Both the position numbers and the translations under genes were made by a program. Below the pieces are notes generated by a model. That model had not been told where the DNA came from and made no database searches. It worked only from the letters and a program-made list of their open reading frames with translations. A stretch of 64,000 nt of DNA from Flavobacteriales bacterium (GTDB lineage Bacteria; Bacteroidota; Bacteroidia; Flavobacteriales_D; CAJJDF01), in NCBI GenBank assembly GCA_965657945.1, contig CBFHPW010000002.1, forward strand, positions 5,074 to 69,073, given 5' to 3'. Numbering within the stretch: position 1 is the first letter of the stretch; every line of letters starts with the position of its first letter. Shown here one piece after another: positions 23,936 through 32,340 of the stretch.

Positions 23936-24492
23936 ATTAATCCTTCAACAGAGAATCCCAATTTAAATCTTAGCGAAGTTCAGGTTGATATTTTTAAGCA
24001 TATTTTTTCCTTTAAAAAAACTCAACTCAATTCAGATGCTGCTAAATTAGAATTAAATAATTTTTCCGAAGTTGTATTGGAAGAAATTAAAGAATTTAAA
24101 ATCGAAAACCAATATAAAAGTGCGGGTATTTCTTTAATATTTAATTATAATTTTAATGGGAATTTAATGGCTTCATTAAATGAAAATGATACGGAAGAGT
24201 CTGGCTTTTTTGAATATTTAGTTGATTTAAATTCTCCAGAAGATATAGATTGGAAACACAAAAAAAAATGTCGTTCAAAAGACTGTGTAGGTGAATTTAT
24301 TGGAGAAATGATGCAAAAATATGACGGATGTGCCCAATTCAAAATTGTTCAACACACTTTTAGTGCTTCAGTTTATGCTGCCCCTTGTTAAATTAACAAT
24401 AAAATTAATAAATACTTGGTTATGTTTAGACCAAGCATTGTTTTTCTTTAAAATGTAAAAAGAAAAAACCATAACAAGGAATAAAAAAACGC

Positions 24493-24527
24493 AGGGCGTT
24501 TGAATTACCTTCAAACGCCCTTTTTTA
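24493..24527 (+). terminator. Intrinsic terminator closing cassette 1
   Basis: Perfect 11-bp stem agggcgtttga / tcaaacgccct, 7-nt loop, T6 run. Confidence 0.9.
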
Positions 24528-24575
24528 TTTGCAAAATCCGCTAAATATAAAATTTGGCAGTTAAAAAGAAAATTG
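24493..24575 (+). repeat. 83-nt cassette-end block, copy 1 (contains terminator)
   Basis: Matches 25972-26054 with one t/a difference, and directly abuts the second fadH-tail copy. Confidence 0.9.
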
Positions 24576-25032
24576 GCCAAAAAAATTGATGCCCAAAGAG
24601 CCATAAGAGAAGGAAGAGAATTGGGAGCAGATATTTAACAAGAAAACGGTAACCTGCAAATAGGTGCATAAACGGTTTCCTTGCATTTTAAGCAACAAAA
24701 CTTGCCATATAAAATAAAATCTTTGACGAACAAGCTTTTGAAAAAAAATAAAATTTAACTTTCTCGTAACAACAAGTTGCAGGCAATTAACATAGTTATC
24801 AAAAGCGGTTCAGTATGAATCATATCCGAGTGCTTTCCTTACTTGGATGAAAAAATAAAAAGGAAAACAAATAGTTCTATTTTTGGAGTTTGTAACATAT
24901 GTATTGTAAAAATTTACTAACTCGTTCGCCTATTGGCGGGCACAAAAACAAATAATTATGAAAACGAAAATTTTAAAATTCTCATTATTAACTGTAATTC
25001 TTGGAGTCGCACTTTGGTCTTGTAAAAAAGAT
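24576..25032 (+). repeat. Repeat copy 2: pseudo fadH tail (R', 2 mismatches in 157 nt) + leader + signal-peptide codons
   Basis: Visual alignment to 23481-23935. It is near-identical through about 24860 and diverges increasingly toward the ATG. Confidence 0.95.
24878..24885 (+). promoter_or_regulatory. Candidate Bacteroidota -7 promoter box (TATTTTTG) in the cassette 2 leader
   Basis: Matches the TAnnTTTG consensus and lies 73 nt upstream of the ATG at 24958. The corresponding position in copy 1 (ctgttttagg) does not match. Confidence 0.4.
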
Positions 25033-25719
25033 GAACCATCTAACCAAGTTATAAATTTTACAGAATCACAAAAAATGATAACGATGAGTCCAGAGCAATT
25101 TGGACAACTCCACAATCAATATCTCGCAGAAGCTATTAATCATTTTAATACAGGAAAGTCTCATAAAGAGGCATTTATGGCTGTAGATTTCCCTCAACTA
25201 ACAAAAGCACAACAATCAACTATCTATGACCAACATACTAACTTATCTATGGAACAAATGAAAAATTACACATTTCAAAATTTCAATAGCGAAAGTTCAA
25301 AAAATTATTATGCTAGAGTTGAATTGGCGGTCGATAATCATGATGACTACAATCTATTAGTTAGTGAATTAAACGAAATAAAAAATGAAATAGCATTAAA
25401 TAGTCAAAATAATGATAAAAATCTTTTATTTATTTACATTGAAACTATAAAATCATCTGCGTATTTTTGGACACCCACAGAATTAGGAGGTTCTGGACAA
25501 GGAGTATTATATGCAGCAAGACCTTATTGTTCTCATTGCTCAGGAGGTGGAAACAAACCTGATACAGATTCATGGATTAAAGCAGACGGTAGAGGAGCAG
25601 GTTATGGAATGAGCTTTTGGGCTGTGAGTGGTCTTTTTTTAGGGGGACCTGTTGGAGGAGTTGCTGGATTTCTCTATGGGGCGGTATCAGGAGCAATTTC
25701 AAATTCATTTTTACCGTAA
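24958..25719 (+). CDS. Cassette 2 payload: putative lipoprotein with C-terminal glycine-zipper segment
   Basis: 253 aa. MKTKILKFSLLTVILGVALWSCKKD is a signal peptide with a lipobox-like Cys. The C-terminus is GRGAGYGMSFWAVSGLFLGGPVGGVAGFLYGAVSGAISNSF, with repeated GxxxG/A spacing. Confidence 0.7.
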   Translation: MKTKILKFSLLTVILGVALWSCKKDEPSNQVINFTESQKMITMSPEQFGQLHNQYLAEAINHFNTGKSHKEAFMAVDFPQLTKAQQSTIYDQHTNLSMEQMKNYTFQNFNSESSKNYYARVELAVDNHDDYNLLVSELNEIKNEIALNSQNNDKNLLFIYIETIKSSAYFWTPTELGGSGQGVLYAARPYCSHCSGGGNKPDTDSWIKADGRGAGYGMSFWAVSGLFLGGPVGGVAGFLYGAVSGAISNSFLP

Positions 25720-25723
25720 TTCT

Positions 25724-25963
25724 ATGGGTGCTTTTAAAATTAACAAAGTTGAAATAAGTATAATTTTTCTATTTATTGCATTTTGTACATTTGTTATATT
25801 TATTGGGGAAATGTACTTTTATCACTTTAGTCAGTCCCAAGCAATTTTAAAACAAGAAATTAATCATCTTTTATTTTGGTCTTTTATAAAAGCCTTAATA
25901 ATTAATGTTGGTTTTATCTTTTTGTATTATTCTAGAAAAATAAAAGCCCGTAGCAAGGTATAA
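25724..25963 (+). CDS. Small 2-TM membrane protein coupled to the cassette 2 lipoprotein
   Basis: 79 aa with its ATG 4 nt after the upstream stop. The two hydrophobic helices are ISIIFLFIAFCTFVIFIG and LLFWSFIKALIINVGFIFLYY, and the tail is basic. The track ORF 25652-25963 starts at a TTG inside the upstream gene. Confidence 0.6.
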   Translation: MGAFKINKVEISIIFLFIAFCTFVIFIGEMYFYHFSQSQAILKQEINHLLFWSFIKALIINVGFIFLYYSRKIKARSKV

Positions 25964-25971
25964 AAATTCAT

Positions 25972-26006
25972 AGGGCGTTTGAATTACCTTCAAACGCCCT
26001 TTTTTA
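25972..26006 (+). terminator. Intrinsic terminator closing cassette 2
   Basis: Same hairpin as at 24493, agggcgtttga / tcaaacgccct, plus a T run. Confidence 0.9.
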
Positions 26007-26054
26007 TTTGCAAAATCCGCTAAAAATAAAATTTGGCAGTTAAAAAGAAAATTG
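25972..26054 (+). repeat. 83-nt cassette-end block, copy 2 (contains terminator)
   Basis: Matches 24493-24575 and abuts the third fadH-tail copy. Confidence 0.9.
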
Positions 26055-26211
26055 GCCAAAAAAATTGATGCCCAAAGAGCCATAAGAGAAGGAAGTGAAT
26101 TGGGAGCAGATATTTAACAAGAAAACGGTAACCTGCAAATAGGTGCATAAACGGTTTCCTTGCATTTTAAGCAACAAAACTTGCCATTTAAAATAAAATC
26201 TTTGACGAACA
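26055..26211 (+). repeat. Repeat copy 3: fadH tail + 97 nt (R), 157/157 identical to 23481-23637, then breaks into unique DNA
   Basis: Base-by-base comparison. Identity ends after gacgaaca at 26211. Confidence 0.95.
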
Positions 26212-26285
26212 GCCAATTGACAAGAATAATACCTAGCTTCCGAATAACAAAGAGTTCTACGCAACTTAAAAAAAACTTTTAAATT

Positions 26286-26307
26286 ATACCAAATTTTGGT
26301 ATATTTG
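26286..26307 (+). promoter_or_regulatory. parDE promoter -7 box (TATATTTG, 26300-26307) overlapped by a palindromic operator candidate ATACCAAA-T-TTTGGTAT (26286-26302)
   Basis: Perfect 8-bp arms with a 1-nt spacer. The TAnnTTTG box ends 18 nt before the parD ATG. The layout fits antitoxin autoregulation. Confidence 0.55.
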
Positions 26308-26325
26308 AATTAAATTAGTTTCAAA

Positions 26326-26577
26326 ATGAACAAAAACACATCAATATCACTCGGAAATTATTTTGACCAATTCGTTCAAAGTAGTATTAATGAAGGAAGG
26401 TTTAAAAACGTTAGCGAAGTAATTCGTGCAGGATTAAGACTTTTGGAAGAGGAAGAAAGTAAAGTGATTGCATTGAAAAAGTCAATTCAAGAAGGAATTG
26501 ACAGTGGAATAGCTCACGACTTTGACCCAAAAAAACATCTTGAATCTCTAAAAGCGAAAAAGCACTCGAATGGCTGA
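26326..26577 (+). CDS. parD: Type II antitoxin, ParD family (RHH)
   Basis: 83 aa. SLGNYFDQFVQSSINEGRFKNVSEVIRAGLRLLEEEE is typical of ParD/COG3609. Confidence 0.85.
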   Translation: MNKNTSISLGNYFDQFVQSSINEGRFKNVSEVIRAGLRLLEEEESKVIALKKSIQEGIDSGIAHDFDPKKHLESLKAKKHSNG

Positions 26578-26869
26578 ATATAAACTGACTAACAAAGCTG
26601 TCGAGGATTTATCAAAGATTTGGAATTACACGTTTGAGGTTTGGTCAGAAAAACAAGCCGACAAATATTATGATAAATTAATTTCAGATTGTGTAGAAAT
26701 TGCTGAAAACCCAAATTTAGGGAAAAATTACGAAGGAATTTCAAATCAACTTCTCGGATTTGAATCAAACAGACATATAATATTTTACCGAACACTAAGT
26801 GAAAGTTTTATTGAAATAACGAGAGTATTACACGAAAGAATGGATTTAAAAAAGAGAATAGCGGAATAA
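26570..26869 (+). CDS. parE: Type II toxin, ParE/RelE family
   Basis: 99 aa, overlapping parD by 8 nt (ATGGCTGA). A(V)EDLxxIWxYT and IIFYR..IEITRVLHERMD are ParE-like. Confidence 0.85.
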   Translation: MAEYKLTNKAVEDLSKIWNYTFEVWSEKQADKYYDKLISDCVEIAENPNLGKNYEGISNQLLGFESNRHIIFYRTLSESFIEITRVLHERMDLKKRIAE

Positions 26870-27053
26870 AAACTGCGTAGAACACTGTATATAAAAAATT
26901 GCTAGTAAGTGATTAACTCTAAGGTCTTTTTGTATTTTTAAAGTCAATACTAAACCGAAAATTTGGGCTTATTTACACGCAACTTTTCATATTCAACAAC
27001 GTTCCGACCAATAACCCCGCGAGGCGAGAATTTCCAATCCTTTACATGCTATA

Positions 27054-28082
27054 CTAAAACAAACCTCCCTGAGAAAACCCTTTATCCAAACCTAAGTGTT
27101 TAAATGCCTTTTCGGTTGCTTGTCTTCCTCGTGAGGTACGCATGAGGTAACCTTCTTTTATCAGGAATGGCTCATACACTTCCTCAATCGTTCCGTCTTG
27201 CTCACCTACTGCTGTAGCTATGGTTTTCAAGCCAACTGGTCCTCCTTTAAACTTTTCAATAATGGCAGACAAAATTTTGTTGTCCATTTCGTCCAGTCCA
27301 TTGGCATCTACATTTAATGCCTCCAGACCAATTTTGGTAATGGCTTTGTCAATTTTTCCGTCTCCCTTTACCTGAGCAAAATCCCTGACCCTACGCAGCA
27401 AAGCATTAGCAATCCTGGGAGTACCTCTACTTCTACTGGCTATTTCGTAGGCTGCATCATACTCAATTGGCACATCCAAAATTCCAGCAGAACGCTCTAC
27501 AATGTCAGTCAATATTTTAGAATCGTAGTATTCCAACCTAGAGTTTATTCCAAATCGCGCACGAAGGGGAGCTGTCAATAACCCAGATCGGGTGGTAGCA
27601 CCAATTAAGGTAAATTTGCTTAATTCTATTTGGACAGAACGTGCATTGGGCCCGGAATCTATCATAATATCAATTCTAAAATCTTCCATGGCCGAGTACA
27701 AATACTCTTCAATCACAGGACTCAATCTATGAATTTCATCTATGAATAGAACATCTCCATCTTCCAAGTTGGTTAATAATCCTGCCAAATCTCCAGGCTT
27801 ATCCAACACCGGTCCTGAGGTTACTTTAAATCCTACACCAAGCTCATTTGCTACGATATTTGAAAGCGTTGTTTTTCCCAATCCTGGAGGTCCATGAAGT
27901 AACACGTGATCCAGCGCCTCACCTCTTTGTTTGGCTGCCTGTACAAAAATTTGCAGGTTATCCGTTACCTTTTTCTGACCGGTAAAATCATCAAATGATT
28001 TAGGACGTAATACTTTTTCAAATTCCGATTCGGGACTTACAAATTCTGCTTCTTCACGAAAATCAAATGATTCTTCTTCCAT
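27054..28082 (-). CDS. ruvB: Holliday junction branch migration helicase RuvB
   Basis: 342 aa with [12 protein letters not shown], Walker [10 protein letters not shown], and LFIDEIHRL. Confidence 0.95.
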   Translation of the reverse strand: MEEESFDFREEAEFVSPESEFEKVLRPKSFDDFTGQKKVTDNLQIFVQAAKQRGEALDHVLLHGPPGLGKTTLSNIVANELGVGFKVTSGPVLDKPGDLAGLLTNLEDGDVLFIDEIHRLSPVIEEYLYSAMEDFRIDIMIDSGPNARSVQIELSKFTLIGATTRSGLLTAPLRARFGINSRLEYYDSKILTDIVERSAGILDVPIEYDAAYEIASRSRGTPRIANALLRRVRDFAQVKGDGKIDKAITKIGLEALNVDANGLDEMDNKILSAIIEKFKGGPVGLKTIATAVGEQDGTIEEVYEPFLIKEGYLMRTSRGRQATEKAFKHLGLDKGFSQGGLF

Positions 28083-28174
28083 AGTGTGTGTTGATTAGTC
28101 AAATATAAAAAATTCTGAATGATCCTGTCGGTAAAATGAGCGAGGAAATCGACTTCAAAATTTCGACAAAGGGA

Positions 28175-29974
28175 TTATTTGTAGTATTCCCTCAAAGCTC
28201 TCAGTTGTTTTTGATTGATGACTTCCAGCAGTTGTTCATCACTTGCTTTTTTCACAAGGAGCAAGGATTTAAATTGTTTGAGCAGCACTTCGGCTGTTTT
28301 CTCACCAATGCCAACTATTTCTGTAAGCTCCGTGCCAAAAGCATTCTTACTCCTCTTGTTTCGGTGATGGGTAATCCCAAATCTGTGGGCTTCGTTTCTC
28401 AATTGCTGAATGGTTTTCAGCGATTCCGATTTTTTATCAATATACAACGGAACCGAATCCCCTGGAAAAAATATTTCTTCCAACCTCTTGGCAATTCCCA
28501 CAATGGCAATTTTTCCCATCAATCCCAAATCATTCAAAGCTTTTACTCCCGAACTCAACTGACCTTTTCCTCCATCCACAATCACCAACTGAGGCAGTGG
28601 TTGGTTTTCATCGAGCAATCTTTTGTATCGTCTGTAAACCACTTCTTCCATCGAGGCAAAATCATCGGGCCCCTCTACTGTTTTGATATTAAAATGACGG
28701 TAATCCTTTTTAGAAGGTTTGGCGTTTTTAAAAACCACACAAGCTGCTACCGCATTGGTCCCCTGAAAATTGGAGTTATCAAAACACTCGATATGAAACG
28801 GCTTCTCTTTCAGTCGTAAGTCCTTTTGAATTTGATCTACAATTCGGTTTGCATGCCTTTCCGGATCTACAATTTTTAGGGTTTTTAGTCTGTCAAATTT
28901 GTATTGCCGAACATTATTCATCGAAAAATCAATCAACTTTTTCTTGTCGCCAATCTGGGGAACGATCATTTTTACCGATTCATCTAATCCATATTCCACC
29001 TCAATGTTCGTAAAAATAGTCTTCGAGCTACTTCTGAATTTATTTCTCAACTCCAAAATGGCGAGCTGAAGCATTTCCTCATTCGTTTCCTCCAGTTTTT
29101 TCTTTATTTCGATGGTACTCGACTGCACCACGGTTCCATTTATCACCTTAATAAAGTTCACGTAACCCGCATTTACATCCGAGTCGATGGTAAACACATC
29201 CACGTCATTAATCTTAGGATTTACCACCGTAGATTTTGATTGATAATCCTTAAGGAGCTCAATTTTCTCTTTCATCTCCTGAGCTTTTTCAAACTCCAAT
29301 TCTTCAGAAAACCGCATCATTTCACCTTTCAAATAATCAATTACGCTTTTGGTTTCTCCTTTCAGAATTTGACGAATCTGCGCAATATTCTCGTTGTAAC
29401 TCTCTTCCGAATGTAGATTTTCGCAGGGCCCTTTGCATTTTTTTAGGTGATAATCCAAACACACTTTGAATTTTCCTTCGCCAATATTCTCCTTTGATAA
29501 ATTAAAATTACACGTTCTTATCGGATAAATCTCTTTGAGTAAATTAATCACCACACGTACTACTTTAGGATTAGTGAATGGACCAAAATATTCTGAGCCA
29601 TCTTTTATCACATTTCTTGTAGAAAACAAACGAGGAAATCGTTCTTTTTTCACACAGACATAAGGGTATGTCTTGTCGTCTTTTAGTAAAATATTGTAAC
29701 GTGGCTGGTGTTTTTTTATCAGGGTGTTTTCCAATAGCAATGCATCGTACTCAGTAGGAGTTACAATGTATTTTATCTCCTCTATTTTACTAACCAGCAC
29801 TTGAGTTTTTGCCTGTTGGTGTTTCTTTGTATTAAAATAAGAGCGCACTCTATTCTTTAGGTTTTTGGCTTTACCCACATAAATCACCGTTCCTTTTTTG
29901 TCGAAATAGCGGTACACACCTGGAGAATCCGGCAATATTTTCAAAACGTTGGTTATGGTTTCTTTTATTTCCAA
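28175..29974 (-). CDS. uvrC: Excinuclease ABC subunit C
   Basis: 599 aa with an N-terminal GIY-YIG (GVYRYFDKKGTVIYVGKAKNLKNRV), a UVR domain, and a C-terminal HhH (IVGIGEKTAEVLLKQF). Confidence 0.95.
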   Translation of the reverse strand: MEIKETITNVLKILPDSPGVYRYFDKKGTVIYVGKAKNLKNRVRSYFNTKKHQQAKTQVLVSKIEEIKYIVTPTEYDALLLENTLIKKHQPRYNILLKDDKTYPYVCVKKERFPRLFSTRNVIKDGSEYFGPFTNPKVVRVVINLLKEIYPIRTCNFNLSKENIGEGKFKVCLDYHLKKCKGPCENLHSEESYNENIAQIRQILKGETKSVIDYLKGEMMRFSEELEFEKAQEMKEKIELLKDYQSKSTVVNPKINDVDVFTIDSDVNAGYVNFIKVINGTVVQSSTIEIKKKLEETNEEMLQLAILELRNKFRSSSKTIFTNIEVEYGLDESVKMIVPQIGDKKKLIDFSMNNVRQYKFDRLKTLKIVDPERHANRIVDQIQKDLRLKEKPFHIECFDNSNFQGTNAVAACVVFKNAKPSKKDYRHFNIKTVEGPDDFASMEEVVYRRYKRLLDENQPLPQLVIVDGGKGQLSSGVKALNDLGLMGKIAIVGIAKRLEEIFFPGDSVPLYIDKKSESLKTIQQLRNEAHRFGITHHRNKRSKNAFGTELTEIVGIGEKTAEVLLKQFKSLLLVKKASDEQLLEVINQKQLRALREYYK

Positions 29975-30105
29975 AAAATAGATTTTATGAATTGTTCTAA
30001 AGTAATAATATTAGACAATTAAGTTAGGATTTGGTACAAATTTAGTATTTTTGATATTAAGAAAATTTCTCTTACATTTATTACACAATCACAACATAAT
30101 CCACA

Positions 30106-30927
30106 ATGAACATCAACAAAATAATGGTGGCTTCAGATTTCACCTCAGTTTCGGATAACGCGATAGACCATGCACTCAAGTTAGCCCAAGCAACATCAGG
30201 AGAGGTTTTTGTGCTACACGTAGCAAGAGAATTGGCAGAGGTAAACACTGCAAAAATAAAATTAACCAAACAAATTGCTGACAGAAATCCCGGTGAAACA
30301 ACGACCCATGTTGTGGTAAAAATTGGAAATTTCATTACGGAAATTGGAAAAGCAGCTAGCGAAGAAGGAGCCCAACTTATTATGATGGGAACTCACGGAC
30401 CAAGAGGTTTGATACAAACTGTAACGGGTGGAGACGCAATGAAGGTAGTTTCTCATTCGGAAAAACCATTTATTGTAGTACAAGAAAAAGGAATAAAGGA
30501 AACGGGATATGATGAGATCGTTGTTCCTTTGGACATGACAGAAGATTCGAAACAAAAATTGGATGAAGTTGCGGACATCGCAAAGTATTTCAGTTCCAAA
30601 GTACATATCATTGCCAAGCACGAAACAGACAATTCCTTGTACACAAAACTGAAAAACAATGTGTTGTTTGCAAAAAAATACTTCCTGGAGAAAGGCGTAG
30701 ATTTGAATATTGTGATTACCGAACCAAAGACTGATTTCGAAAAAGAAATTATCAAATATGCGAAAGAAAATGACGCTGATTTGATTGCGATAATTAATTC
30801 TTTGAAATGGAACATCTTTGGAAGCTTGTTTGCATCCAGAAGAGAAGAGCAAATCATCACAAATAAAGAACAAATCCCTGTATTGTGCGTGAACCCAATA
30901 GACGTAAAGTCGGGATACTCAATGTAA
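30106..30927 (+). CDS. Tandem universal stress protein (UspA family)
   Basis: 273 aa with two Usp-like halves. Motifs include MGTHGPRG and the C-terminal pattern of the UspA fold. Confidence 0.75.
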   Translation: MNINKIMVASDFTSVSDNAIDHALKLAQATSGEVFVLHVARELAEVNTAKIKLTKQIADRNPGETTTHVVVKIGNFITEIGKAASEEGAQLIMMGTHGPRGLIQTVTGGDAMKVVSHSEKPFIVVQEKGIKETGYDEIVVPLDMTEDSKQKLDEVADIAKYFSSKVHIIAKHETDNSLYTKLKNNVLFAKKYFLEKGVDLNIVITEPKTDFEKEIIKYAKENDADLIAIINSLKWNIFGSLFASRREEQIITNKEQIPVLCVNPIDVKSGYSM

Positions 30928-30950
30928 TGAAAAGATAACTAAGAAATTCA

Positions 30951-30985
30951 AAAACCGTTAGGACAAAATCCTAACGGTTTTTTTC
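30951..30985 (+). terminator. Intrinsic terminator after usp
   Basis: Stem aaaaccgttagga / tcctaacggtttt, 5-nt loop, T run. Confidence 0.85.
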
Positions 30986-31095
30986 ATCTTAACTTATTGT
31001 GAAAGATTGAAGGAATACTTGGTACAAAGTGGTTCTTTTACTACTTTCGGTAATTATTTTTGACTGCCTATTTTGTCAATAAAAACAAACCATTA

Positions 31096-32328
31096 ATGAA
31101 AGACTTATTAGATAAATTTGAAAACAAACAACCAGAAATTGTTTTTGAATGGAAAGATTCAGAAACAGAAGCTGAAGGATGGGTAGTCATCAACTCATTG
31201 AGAGGCGGTGCAGCCGGTGGAGGTACAAGAATGAGAGTTGGATTGGACAAGCATGAAGTTACTTCTTTAGCAAAAACAATGGAAGTAAAATTCTCTGTGT
31301 CGGGACCCGCAATTGGTGGAGCCAAGTCGGGAATTAACTTTGACCCAAATGACCCAAGAAAAGAAGGTGTACTAAAAAGATGGTACCATGCGGTGGCACC
31401 GTTGTTGAAAAATTATTACGGAACAGGAGGAGATTTAAATGTAGATGAAATTCACGAAGTAATCCCAATGACAGAAGACTGTGGTGTTTGGCACCCGCAA
31501 GAGGGAGTATTTAACGGACACTTTCAGCCTTCAGAACCCCAAAAAATCCACAGAATAGGACAATTGAGAAGAGGAGTTTTACAGGTAATAGAAGATGAAC
31601 ATTACACACCAAAAGCAGCAAATAAATATGTAGTGGCCGATATGATTACAGGATGGGGAGTTGCTGAATCAGTCAAACACTTTTACGACATTTACGGTGG
31701 AAACCTGGAAGGAAAGAGAGTAATCGTTCAGGGATGGGGAAATGTAGGTTCTGCAGGAGCCTATTATTTGGCACAAAATGGAGCAAAAATAGTTGGAATC
31801 ATAGATAGAGATGGAGGTCTAATCAACGAAGAAGGATATACTTTGGAGGAAATCAGAGAATTGTTTTTGACCAAAAAAGGAAATACTCTTTCTCACCCAG
31901 ACATGATTCCATTTGCCGAAATCAATGAAAAAATCTGGAAATTAAATGCAGAAGTTTTCATTCCGTGTGCAGCCTCTAGGTTGATTAAAAAAGACCAAGT
32001 GGACAGTATGATTGAATCAGGAATGGAAGTGATAGCTTGCGGTGCAAATGTACCGTTTGCTGACCAAGAAATATTCTTTGGACCAATAGCAGAATACACA
32101 GACAGCGAAATAAGTGTTGTGCCTGATTTTATTTCCAACTGCGGAATGGCAAGAGTATTTGCTTACCTCATGTCAAATGATTTACCACCTGTGATGACAG
32201 ACGCATCAATTTTTGAAGATACTTCGAAGGTAATCAAAGAAGCGATTCAAAAAACATACAACGTATCAAGCTCAAAAACCAACATCGCAAAAACAGCGTT
32301 TGAGATTGCCTTAAAACAACTTATCTAA
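31096..32328 (+). CDS. gdh: Glu/Leu/Phe/Val-family amino acid dehydrogenase (glutamate dehydrogenase-like)
   Basis: It has GGTRM, the catalytic region GPAIGGAKSGI and an NAD motif VQGWGNVGS. The ATG at 31096 is preferred over the TTG at 31060. Confidence 0.8.
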   Translation: MKDLLDKFENKQPEIVFEWKDSETEAEGWVVINSLRGGAAGGGTRMRVGLDKHEVTSLAKTMEVKFSVSGPAIGGAKSGINFDPNDPRKEGVLKRWYHAVAPLLKNYYGTGGDLNVDEIHEVIPMTEDCGVWHPQEGVFNGHFQPSEPQKIHRIGQLRRGVLQVIEDEHYTPKAANKYVVADMITGWGVAESVKHFYDIYGGNLEGKRVIVQGWGNVGSAGAYYLAQNGAKIVGIIDRDGGLINEEGYTLEEIRELFLTKKGNTLSHPDMIPFAEINEKIWKLNAEVFIPCAASRLIKKDQVDSMIESGMEVIACGANVPFADQEIFFGPIAEYTDSEISVVPDFISNCGMARVFAYLMSNDLPPVMTDASIFEDTSKVIKEAIQKTYNVSSSKTNIAKTAFEIALKQLI

Positions 32329-32340
32329 AAAACACAAACC

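Noticed and set aside
24368-24604. Minus-strand ORFs starting [19 protein letters not shown]... (24368-24604 and 25895-26083), which look conserved
   Set aside because: Their similarity is only a by-product of the repeated DNA. They start antisense to the fadH tail, read through the 83-nt terminator block (the hairpin translates as KKGRLKVIQTP), and diverge as soon as the repeat ends. There is no independent coding evidence.
26040-26264. 74-aa minus-strand ORF across repeat copy 3
   Set aside because: It lies antisense to the fadH-tail repeat and unique spacer, has no motif, and its composition is typical of random open frames in AT-rich DNA.
26259-26985. 9-bp direct repeat acgcaactt (26259-26267 and 26977-26985) as a target-site duplication around parDE
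   Set aside because: The copies do not sit symmetrically against the inverted repeat or any recognisable element ends. A single 9-mer match found after looking for one in two ~100-nt windows could be chance.
28136-28819. 227-aa plus-strand ORF
   Set aside because: It is entirely antisense within the well-supported uvrC gene and has a low-complexity, motif-free translation.
30262-30873. 203-aa and 135-aa minus-strand ORFs
   Set aside because: They are antisense within the tandem Usp gene and have no motifs.
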